Under the pieces are notes generated by a model. The model made no database searches, was not told the DNA's origin, and saw only the letters and a list, made by a program, of their open reading frames with translations. From the human T2T-CHM13v2.0 reference genome, Homo sapiens, in the NCBI RefSeq assembly GCF_009914755.1, contig NC_060926.1: a stretch of 64,000 bases of DNA; one strand, written 5' to 3'. A program made the translations under genes and the position numbers. Positions 51,513 through 64,000 of this stretch are shown one piece after another (position 1 is the first letter of the stretch; each line of letters starts with the position of its first letter).

Positions 51513-54500
51513 TTAATTTTTAATCTTTAGTACAAAAAGTAACAGATAGTTGAACATTCATATCCTTAAATATATAAGTATATATATTTAAATAAATGTT
51601 TATTTATATTTATGTTTACTTATATACATATATTTACTTATATACATATTTATATTTATGTTTACTTATATACATATACACACACATACACATATATATG
51701 GGCCAAATTGTAAGCAGGCATCTATGGAGCTCCCCTTTTAAGCCTGTGCCATTTTAACACTTTGTACTTTTTGAATTAATACCAAAAACTGTCGAGTGAG
51801 TATTCATATGGTCAACCAGGTATACCTAGTAGAATTGAGTGTAAAATTATTTGGGCAACATAACTATACCAGTCCAAAAAGCTGCCTTCAGAAAATTTGG
51901 AGCTTTTGCTTTTACTAAAGAGGTTACTGTATACTTTCTCTTTATTTTTCTGGTTGAAAATAACTCCTTGATGAGTGATCTTGGCTTCTGTTGTCTTGAA
52001 TCTGTGTACTCTCAACTGCAGAAGCTTGGAAATATATTGTTTTCCTGAAGCATTAGCTTTCTCATTTTAGGTAGTAATTATTGACCTATCTACCTACCGA
52101 TTTACCACTCCTATTGACTGGTTACAGGGCAGAGACAAAACTCCTACAGTTGTCAAAATACCACGATAAGATTGATATTCAAATGTTTTCTTTCTATCCC
52201 ATGCCTTTCACTTAGAGATGTACAGTGAAAATCTTCTCAGGAAGTTTAAGATGTAGGGTTTTTTGTTTTTTGTCTTATTTGTTTTTGATATTGATACTAC
52301 AATTTTGGTCAAAGCTCTGAGCTATTTCATCCCAATGGTTTGCTTGTGTGGCAATAACTTTCAATGGCCCATTGAAAAGAAAAAAGGAAAGAAAGACATC
52401 CAGCAATATACCTAGGGCATGCTGTATCTAGAATTCAGTTGACACTATTGTAATATGAAGACTAAAATCATGCTCTTTTCAAATGCTTTAATGTAATTTA
52501 AAAATATATTAAAGCTGTGCTTTTGATCATAGATTATAAGCCCTCATATCTTCTGTTATTGGGCATTTTAATACAAAATAACTAATATTTTAAGTAGTAT
52601 ATGACAGTAGTATTTATGAATAGTCTGGAGGTTTTTTTAAGAATTAAAGAAGGATTTTGTTACTATATCAGTTTTTTTTTTAAAAAACTCATGATGTTTT
52701 TATATAGACTTTCTCTAAAATTCAGTTCCATGTGTGATTCCTATGAAATTGCTCTTTCTGGTTCTGATTTGTGTGCTTTAATATAAAATCATTCTATTTT
52801 CCTCTTCTTTAACCAAAGTGTGTGAGGTAACAGGAATGTTTCTTTTGAGAGACTTTGGAAGGTTGAAATTTGCCAGATGTTCTGTGCTAACCTAGAAGTG
52901 TGCATTCCCTGGGTAGCAGGACTGTGTGAAATTCTTTCCTATAACTTTGACAGAGCATTTGGTTTTGGTTCATTTTAGTGTTGTGCTTCTACTCTGATCA
53001 GAGCTTGTCTTTTATTCTGTGTTTAAATGATATTAAGGCATCCAGAAAATCTGACAAAGAAAATGATATTTTGATGACATTTTTCACAGGGCTCAACTAG
53101 AATGAATTATTACATTTTAACCACGGCCCTAATAAACAGCTTCTTTATTTCCTCTGTAAGGATACAATATTTCTTTGTCCAAGAAGTTGCCTGAGTATAT
53201 GTATTGTTGAAGTGCTAAAAAGCTGCTTTTCTCTAAACTTTAGCTGAGAGACAATGGGATTTGCCAAGTATATACCATTTCATTGTGACTCAATACTTTA
53301 TAAAGATGAATTTAATTTAAATTTTGAAGTAAACTTTTTTTGTCTCAAATGGAGAAATTCCATGCAATAGCCCTATTGTACAAATTAAACATTTCTATGT
53401 AACTTCTACTTATCCACCAAATGATCAGCTTTTAGTTTTATACTTGAGTTCTGACTATAATCTTTGGCACCCTTCCCCCAGCTATAATTCGGCTAGCCTA
53501 AAGGAATTTTTTTTCCTAGACTCACAAGCAGGAGCCTATATTATTAAGTAGGAATGTTTATAGATCTGTGTTTCTAGAGTAGGTTGAGGTGTTTTAGTTT
53601 CCCAAAAAGAGGGGAATGCTTCTTGTTTTAAATACAGATGCCTGTGTGCTGGTGGTGTACATTAGTGAATAATCACATATTAACAGATTTAGCTTTTGTA
53701 AAGAAGCAAAATGAAGTGTTTTCGTAAACCATTTCTGAACTTGTCATTGATGTTATACTCTATCAGTTGCTATTGATAATTTTATTTAAAGGAGGAGGTA
53801 TATAGTATAGCGCCAACTTCCTGATTAGGCCTTGGGGAAGGTCACGTTTTGCAGTGACCTGGGCACCACTCTTAAATGTTGTTATTATTGGAAGAGGGTA
53901 CCCTCAGGCTGCTGCCCTTCCTCTCCCCAGAAGCGCTCTGTGACTGACTTTCCAGTTCATCTTTTCTAGAACCAAGACTCCCAGGCTGTAGATGAATTCT
54001 GACATCTACAGACCAGTATCCATCTCAACTTCATTTGAGGTGAATTTTATTAGTAGTAGTGACCCAGTCCTACCTTAATATGAGAATGATGCATCCTCAT
54101 AAAAATTGCAAACTTAGAGCAGTAAACAACTAGGATAAACTTTTATGTTTCAGCATAAAAGTGAGTTATGACTTTTTTGTCATTTAAAATATTGCACACA
54201 TTTCCTTTTTATTTCTGTGGGATCTTTGTTACTGTTTTAGTGGTCTTAAGTAAAAATAACTTCAAGGACAACACGGTTGGATGTGAGGTAGAATATTTAT
54301 TTCAGACAAGTATTATGCCCACATATTTTAGATTCAACTATGTGCTTTATTTTCAGCATTAAAGAAAATGAGCTGTTTTCCAACACCTGCATACCAACTG
54401 GGCCTGCATCCTCTTTAGAAATGTTGTTTAATAAACACTGTGGCTTTATCATCCAGAGGCTGTTGCCAAATGCTGTTAATTAGGCCAAAAAAATGTTTTT

Positions 54501-56482
54501 TAAAGGTTGGTGAAACAGATCCACTTTTCTCTCTGTAATGGCATCTTAGCTTGAAATCCAGGAAGCAGTGGTGTATGGTGTCCATATCCACGATTTCCTG
54601 CATTGGAGAAAAAGTGTGGAAAGCATCTGGGGAAAAGGAGGCTCTTTACCAGCTTGTTTCCTGTAAGTTCAATTGGAAGACCTTGTCTGTGCAAATAGAT
54701 TTCAAAATAGAGCCTGCCCTTTGACTGTCTCCATAATTACATGGCTCGCTCTGTATTTTATTTGGCAGCCAGAGCAGTTAACCCCTGGAAGGAAGGGGCT
54801 GATGGTATGGCCAGCTTGGCTTCCCAGGCATGTCCATGGGAATGAATAAACCACTGTTTGGAGAAGCCCATAGCTAAAAACACACTAGAATAGTCTGTAA
54901 CTGAACTGAAACTCTTTTAAAACAAGTTCACTAATGTTTATTATGATCGGTTAAAAAACTTAACTTTGTCCTTATTGTGTAGATTATAGAGCTGTATTAA
55001 TTGTTTTAAAAATTGGGAATTGGGGGAGTTCCTTGTTGCTTTGATGTAATCAACATCTGTCAACAGATGAATTTGCTTTTGTTTAGTTTCAAGGGCTCTT
55101 GTCCTTTAGCTTTGCCCAATCAGTATCTGCTTCAGCCTGGGGCATTCCCTAGTAGTGCATGTGGTTTTTTTTCCCTCAGCAAATGCATAGGTTATTTCTC
55201 ATGAAATGTGAGCTTCTCTTCTGCTTTATAGTTGCCTTGAGATGGGAAGGAACCTTCAATCTTTCTCATTTATTTTGAAACGTACACCTTAGTACTAGAT
55301 TATAAAAATCAATGAAAGAGTTATATCAAGTGATGCAGACTATTTAATTTTTCTTTAGCAACATTTGTACAAGTTATGAAACATGTCAAGCAATCAGTGT
55401 TTTAGGTCAAGAAATATAAGGCATGGATGCATTTGCAGTGTTCTCATGGACTTGAAGCACACAGCGCTGTAAGAGCCTGTGCTCCTACTCTGAGTAATTG
55501 GTTGGAGTTCATGAAGTGTGATCTTTCTGTGGGTCTAAATCAGCACCCCGAAAATATATTCCTATGCTATAGTCCCTTCTGAGCTTACTGTAGGAGGCAA
55601 CATTTTTAAACAGTTAAAAATGTATCAGATTGCTGTCACAAAGTAAGTTGGGTTTTTTTTCTTGTTAAAGTTAATATATTATTAAGCAAATCATTTGGTT
55701 TAAAATTAAAATCATCAATGAATGTAAGAACCATATTTGAAAATGAATTAGCAAAACATTGTTGTTTTTCTCTCTTGGTAATCATAAATCATTTAAATCT
55801 GGCAGGCATTCCTCTCTTCATCCAAAATAATTGCCTCCATTTGTAAAATCAATTAGATGTTAACATGCTATAAATAATAGTTTTGTTACTAGACTTTGGC
55901 ATTTACTGATCATTATGAAAAAATATATTCAGTAAGACATTTTACAGGGTGTCTTTTAAATCACATATTATCTCTGGTTGACATTGTTAGCTAATGTAAA
56001 GTAGTGCCAAGCTACATTATTGTGTTGTTTTCTACCCAGATATTTGATACCTCTGCAGTGTAACGTAACTGAGGATTGATGGCACACTGCAGGGTGAAAG
56101 TGCTTCCCTGGAAACATACAATGAAAAATATATGTGTTGGTAGTCCAAACTTGAGTACAAATGTACTTTGTTCAGTTTTACAACTGCTTAAAATAATAAG
56201 CATTTTAAATGTCTCTTTGAAAGTTCATTCAGACCTCTCCCTTAAAAATACTTATTGACCAAAAGAAAACTCACATTTTCAGGGATAAAATCAGCTTAAT
56301 TAAGGGTCATTAGTAAAGGTGCACATGAAAACCCAGGGCTCAGTGGGTGAAATGGAAGCATTTCATTATGTGGTATAGGATGCATGAGCAGATAACAATT
56401 AAAATGGACCCTGAGTAAGAGGCCAATAAATATAGGGCATGTTGTGTGCAGCAACATTCGTTATTTAAAATGCATTCCTCCT

Positions 56483-56850
<368 letters not shown>

Positions 56851-58699
56851 CTATAAAGGAAAATAAAATGCAGCTTTTAGAAATGGATGTTATTACTGAA
56901 TATGAAAATATTTAAAACCATAACCTAGATTTACATTCCAAATACAAATTTTAAATATGAAAAAATGTGCTGCAGGATCCAGAGGACATAGAGCAATTTC
57001 AAGAGATGTTCAGACTGCACAGTGTGCTCTTCCATGGAGTGCAGGAAGAAGTTGCCTATAATTTTCAGCGTTCAACTCAGACTAGGTGCTGATAGAATTT
57101 TTGTAACACTAAAAATAATTCTTATTATTACCTTTGATAACAGTAACTATTCTAGTATTCATAAAAAATAACATGTAGATTTACTCCCTAAGAAAACCCT
57201 ATATAGAGTTGCTGTTAGGTCATCAACAGTAGCAATACTACGATCATCTCTTGCAAGATCAAATTAGTATAAAGCAACTCCTCACTGTTCTGGGCTCTCC
57301 TACTCCCCTGAGGTTTCTGGTGATTTCCCACTGGTGTCTCTAAAAACATCAGATTAGTCCACTTGCCCCTTGTAGTAATTAGTACACACCTGAGTCTTGT
57401 TTCCCCAAATAGCTTTACCAAAACACCGTGTGCAGTGAATCCTGAATGAATGATAGTGTGTGGGAGACGGAGGGACCATTTCTGTCTCTGAAGATGGTCA
57501 TCATGCATCAAATTTGTTGTAACATTTGGTGGTAGCAATTTGGAAATTAGATGTAGTTATAAGGTATCAGCAGTGCTTTTGTCAAGAAATGAATTATATA
57601 GGAAATTCAAGAGACCATTTCTACATTGATCTACATTAGTTACTGTAGTTCGGGTATCCTTTCTGTGACCCTGAATATAATAGAGACTGGGGATTTTAAT
57701 TTTGCTCACTCTGCATTTAGAAAATTTACTACTTATTTGTATTGTGATAAACAAAGTTGAGGGCCCGCCCCTCTTTCTTTGCCAGGCTAGTTGGAGGACC
57801 ATTATCTTCTAAAGGTACCATGACTTATGCCCATTTCTTCATTTCCCCTGTGAAAACACCAGATTTTATTTCTAATAAAAAGATGGAATCATTTGTAATG
57901 AGTAGTTAGTGGAATAAACACAGTATGGCACCTTATTATCCTGTTGCCTTGTGACAACATTTGTAAGGGTGTCTTTCATCAGATTGAAAGAAAAGAATTC
58001 GTTTCAAATACAAAAGTGTCTTATGAAAGTGAAATTGCTGAATACAGTGTAGAACCATAATTGTCAACAGATTGGATATGTTCAGGCTGTGTTCCTGACG
58101 TTTCGAATTTTACCATCCAGTCATGTGTGGGTGTGTCTGCATCTTTTCGGCAGTGAGGCTGTCATTTGGCAGGACAGGTACCTTGGCAACACTGTTCATC
58201 CTAAAAGTGAATGTCTCAAAAGCCTCATCCAGATATCTAGTGGAGGCCTGATGACTTCATGCTTCAAGTTTAAGTACATAGAAAAGATTCCCCCTATAAT
58301 GACTGTGTACTTGAACTTGATAACACTGATAAAGATGATCTTTTGTGTAATCAACCACATTGAAAAAAATCTTCATGAGTCCTAAAATTGATCAGAGGCT
58401 ACATCTTCCCATTTCCTGGGATGTAGCATGACAATCAGATGGTGCTGAATGAAGGCACACATTTCAGAGCTGAAGGGACCTCAAAGATTGTGAAGCCCAA
58501 CTCTCATTTTACTGAGCTTCTGCATCTCACAGGGTAATGTCTTTGAAGTACTCAGCACCGAGCTTGGCACCAGTAAGCTCTTGGTCAGTCAGCATCCACT
58601 GTTATTGTTATTGCTCAAGATCACATAGCTCTTAGCAGGACCAGGGGTAGAACTTTCTGTCCAATGCTGTGCCACTTTGGTTATTTTTTCATCATGCAT

Positions 58700-58872
58700 A
58701 GCACTGTCTGATGTAATCAAATGCATTTGTTGATTTGCCTATGTCTGCCTCCCACTACAAGGATGTAAGCTCCCTGGGAGTCGGGACCTTGTCACCTCAT
58801 TCACCACTGAATTCTCTAATCCAGAGCATGGCACATGCAATGAGTTCATTAAGTAGTTGTTGAATGAATGAA
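58700..58872 (+). mobile_element. L2 3' end
   Basis: GATGTAAGCTCCCTGGGAG ... GTTGTTGAATGAATGAA. Confidence 0.8.
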
Positions 58873-58934
58873 GGCATTTAGAGACCCCACAGGTAAACAT
58901 GTTGAAGAATGGAGAAGGAAAAGGAAAAGAAAGG

Positions 58935-59110
58935 AGCATTTATGGAGCACCTATTTTTTAAAAGATGGTTTACCTATTTATGTTATCTCAGCAAATGCTC
59001 ACATCAGCTCGTGGTAGGGAGAGCACTACTACTCCCATTTAATAGTGAAGAAAATGAGTCTCAGAAGTTTTGGTAACTCACACCTGTTTGACCTCCAAGC
59101 TCATGCTGTT
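58935..59110 (-). mobile_element. MIR remnant
   Basis: CATTTATGGAGCACCTA ... CTCCCATTTAATAGTGAAGAAAATGAG. Confidence 0.6.
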
Positions 59111-59309
59111 GTCACTACCATAGTGCCTCCCAACTGGATCATTTCTAAGAATTTTCATGAAAAGTGTCTTCATTCTAAATGCTAACTAGTTACATGATAT
59201 TTACATTTTTCATGATAAAAAAAACTGACCTTGAAATCTAGTCCCTGAAAGAATACATTATGTAACAAAACACACTAGCGAATAGAACTCATAGAGCCCC
59301 TGCACACTG

Positions 59310-59540
59310 CTGAGAGGCAACTGGAATGGCAGACACAGCCCTGGATTTGGACTTACAGGATTAAGCTTGGGGCCTGGTCATTGATTACCAGACTTGTGAG
59401 CCTTAGTTCCTCATCTATAAAGCAGTGATGTTAACAGCTACCTGCCTAATGACAGAGCTGGTAAGAGGTAATGTATGTAGAGCACCTAGCACTGAGCTTA
59501 ATCTAAGTGTCCATTAAATTTTAACCACTGTTATTATTAC
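59310..59540 (+). mobile_element. MIR remnant
   Basis: GCCTTAGTTCCTCATCTATAAAG ... GTAATGTATGTAGAGCACCTAGCAC. Confidence 0.65.
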
Positions 59541-59959
59541 TATTTATATTAGCATTATCATTATTAATAGTAATTATAATACTTTCCTCAGAAGAGAAAC
59601 ACTTGTGAGTTTGTGTCTTGTATGTGGTCCTGCCTAGCAATGCAATTAGGGAGGTGGAATCATAGATTGAGTCCACCTGTGTCTTTCCAAATTTTCCATT
59701 TCATATCCACAGACTGTCCAACTAATAGTTCTGGCAGCCACCTCCCCAAAGCGTGTGTTTGGTCAGCGAAGGCAGCTTGGCTTAAGGTAGTGGGTGGATT
59801 AGGCCAACCCATCACCACTTTTGGAAAAATAATAGTAGTAGTAACAATAGTTTTGTGATGCCTTTTCAATTTTCTGGGTATTTCCCTGTGTTTTAGCTCC
59901 TGTTTTTTCTCATGCCTGTGAGAGAAGTAATACATTTTGTAGAGGCAACTTAGCCTGCT

Positions 59960-60130
59960 TTCCCTCTCAGCTTTGGCACTTACTGCATGTTCCTTTGTGT
60001 GCCTCAGTATCTTCAACTGTGACATGGAGTAATAACAGTTCACAATTCATACAGTTTCTGTGAAGATTAATGAGCTAACATATGTAAAGTGCCTAGTACA
60101 GTAATTGAGGCATAATAAGTGTTCAGTATT
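59960..60130 (+). mobile_element. MIR
   Basis: TGTGCCTCAGT ... GAAGATTAATGAGCTAACATATGTAAAGTGCCTAG. Confidence 0.75.
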
Positions 60131-60183
60131 AGAAGCTATACTGGAGGTCATGTTTTCTTTCCCATTTTATTTTTTGTGCAGAC

Positions 60184-60490
60184 TTTTTTTTTTTTTTGAG
60201 ACAGGATCTTACTCTGTTGCCCAGGCTGGAGTGCAGTGGTGTGATCATAGCTCAGTGCATAACTCAGTGATCATAGCTCCAGGGCTCAAGTGATTCTCCT
60301 GCCTCAGCCTCCTGAGTAGCTGGACTCCTGAGTAGCTGGACTGACTCCTGAGTAGCTGAACTCCTGAGTAGCTGGACTACAGTAGCTGATGGCCCAAGCC
60401 ACCACATCTGGCTAATTCTTTTATTTTTTGTAGAGATGGGATCTCACGATCCTCCCACCTCGACCTCCCAAAGCGCTGGGATTACAGGTT
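60184..60490 (-). mobile_element. AluJ, rearranged, with an internal 16-bp tandem array
   Basis: Four copies of CTCCTGAGTAGCTGRA at 60309-60376. Confidence 0.85.
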
Positions 60491-60794
60491 TTTATGTATT
60501 CTTGAAAGAACTATTATTTATTGGGTATCTTCTAAATGCAAGACACTTTCACATTTCTTATTTCAATTCTCACCTGAGACTGAAATGAAGAAACTTGTGC
60601 AGGGCCACACAGCTAATAAGTGGTAGAGCTGAAACAAAAGTCCAGGCTTCTGCCTTCCAACTGTCTGCTTTTCCTAGGACACTACCCTGTCCCTCATATA
60701 TCAGTTGACAATACTAGGGTTGGTGATATTGTCATTAGGGAAATATTATACTTTAAAAGCTTTACACAATACATACCTGCCTCTATCAAGCAAC

Positions 60795-60925
60795 TTTTTT
60801 TTTTAGAGAGACAGGAGTCTTGCTTTGTTGCCCAAGCTGGTCTCAGACTCCTGGGTTTAAGCAATCCCACATCAGCTGCCCTCCAAAGTAGCTGGGACTA
60901 CATGTATGTGCCACTGTACCTGAGT
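60795..60925 (-). mobile_element. Alu monomer (FLAM-like)
   Basis: Single antisense arm. Confidence 0.75.
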
Positions 60926-61212
60926 TTTGTAACTTCTTTTTAAAGAAATGATATTACTGACATTTTGTCTAGTGCTTGAAATTGTTTAAAATAGTACCAA
61001 AAACACCTCTATAAGTTAGATTCAACAATATTGCAGTCCACTTTAAGGAGGGACATAATTGAGTGAAACCTATCACCCTGAATCACTGATCATTGCGGTT
61101 TGTTTGCATCAGTGCCTTTCCCCAAGTCAATTAGAGATCCAGAGTTTTGAAGCCAGTACTTACCTGCAATTCACGTTTTCATTATGTTTCACAGCTGAAA
61201 TGTTACTCTAGG

Positions 61213-61970
<758 letters not shown>

Positions 61971-62013
61971 CCATGTAGTTGTGACCTGTTGGGGACTTCT
62001 AAAACTATTGTTC

Positions 62014-62682
<669 letters not shown>

Positions 62683-62689
62683 GTCTTCC

Positions 62690-63160
62690 TCTCTACCTCT
62701 AGCCCCAACCACAAGCCACAGAAAGAGCCACTGTTTACAAATATCAATTTCCAGAAATTTTATGAGCATGTGCAAGCTTATATAAATGTATAAGCTCCTT
62801 TTACATTAATGGGCTTTTTATATGTATTTGTTAAGCATTCACTTTTTTCCTAACAGTGTATTGTGACCTCTTTCCATATCAACACATAGAGATGATGATT
62901 TAGCCTATTCTTTTTAATAGCTCCAGAATTTTCTGTAAGTATACCATAATATATTTAATCAGTCCCCTACTGGTATTTCCTATTTGGAAACATTTGAGTT
63001 GTTTCCCACTTTCTTCTACCACAAATAATGCTGCCATGAGGGTACATCTTCATTCATCCATCAGTGCATAGTGTCTGCAGGATAAAGTCCTAGGAGATGA
63101 ACTGCTGAGTCAAAGGATATGTGCATTTAAAATTTTGATAGACATTTCTAAATTCCTGTT
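62690..63160 (-). mobile_element. L1ME-like 3' fragment
   Basis: ATACCATAATATATTTAATCAGTCCCCTACT; CATTTGAGTTGTTTCC; GCTGAGTCAAAGGATATGTGCATTTAAAATTTTGATAGA. Confidence 0.7.
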
Positions 63161-63742
63161 GTGAGTACTTCAAACCCTATATTCATTTTCTTTCAGTGTT
63201 ATACTTACATTTTTGCTATTTAGTCTTTATCTGACTTGAACATTCATCACAATGAATTTCAGTATAATGCCTCACTGCACGTGAACTTAACACAGAGTAG
63301 TAATCCTATGGAGGGCAAAAAGTGCAGCTGGCAATTTGTCCGTGATTCTTGAAAGGAAACGGCTTTACAGAGTATAAAGCCATCAAAACAGTGCCCTGAA
63401 TCTAGGGTCGTCTTGGACATTGCCACATAAGGTATTACAGCAGAAATTGTTCTTTTTACAGACCTGGTGCTTAGCAGATGTTTCTATATGTTTGTTTCCC
63501 GTTAGAGTAGAGTTTTCCATTGTCACGCATTTATGTAAACATAGTATTAGCTAATAAATACGCTGTGTTACTATTGTACTAGAATTCAGAATACCACTGT
63601 TTTCATTTCTATTTGGGGCTTTTCCTTTTTCAGTCAATAAGGTATTAGAATAATGATTTAATAGACAACACCACAACATCTTAAAGTGGAGGACTGTGTT
63701 AGGTTGTTTTTTTACTTAAAATATGTCGGTTTCTGCTCACAG

Positions 63743-63900
63743 GTTCTCATAGAATTTTCTCTTCACCACTCAATCATATCTACTTACACAAGCAGTCAAG
63801 CAGTCAACAAAGAAGAAATTTCTTTTTTCGGAGACAAAGAGATATTTCACACAGTATAGTTTTGCCGGCTGCAGTTTCTTCAGCTCATCCGGTTCCTAAG
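63743..63900 (+). CDS. METAP1D: Methionine aminopeptidase 1D, mitochondrial - coding exon 2 (158 nt, phase 1 to 0): (G)SHRIFSSPLNHIYLHKQSSSQQRRNFFFRRQRDISHSIVLPAAVSSAHPVPK
   Basis: Acceptor CTCACAG|G and donor AAG|GTACTG; 40+158=198 nt, 66 stop-free codons with exon 1; matches the METAP1D sequence as I recall it; too short for the ORF track. Confidence 0.95.
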
Positions 63901-64000
63901 GTACTGTATTGCCTATTATCTCCTGCTTTTTCCAGCCAAGATAAAAGTTGACTGCAGAAGTGATCAAATATTTTTGCACCTTTGATTTCTGAGCCATTTG

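Noticed and set aside
60309-60376. Regularly repeated 16-mer resembling a CRISPR array
   Set aside because: No unique spacers, it lies inside an Alu and the DNA is eukaryotic.

Overview
Primate, almost certainly human, genomic DNA: about 60 Alu elements or fragments plus L1, L2, MIR, MaLR LTR and DNA-transposon fossils. It contains the 5' end of METAP1D (mitochondrial methionine aminopeptidase 1D) on the + strand: a CpG-island promoter (~1920-2460), coding exon 1 (ATG 2189 to 2228), a 61.5-kb intron 1 (2229-63742) and coding exon 2 (63743-63900). Spliced, the exons read MAAPSGVHLLVRR-G-SHRIFSSPLNHIYLHKQSSSQQRRNFFFRRQRDISHSIVLPAAVSSAHPVPK. From memory the gene lies at 2q31.1 between HAT1/SLC25A12 and DLX1/DLX2. 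Almost every other ORF in the track is an Alu or microsatellite artefact. I see no demonstrable new biological system. The best leads are: a divergent minus-strand first exon with its own Kozak ATG and strong donor; an in-frame 60-nt cryptic cassette exon; an in-frame THE1 LTR alternative first exon; a recursive-splice-like site; repeat-poor, homeodomain-motif-rich blocks that may be DLX1/2 enhancers; and several mutational signatures (microsatellite-flanking inverted duplications, re-used target sites, an Alu-born minisatellite). Repeat boundaries and subfamily names were read by eye and are approximate.
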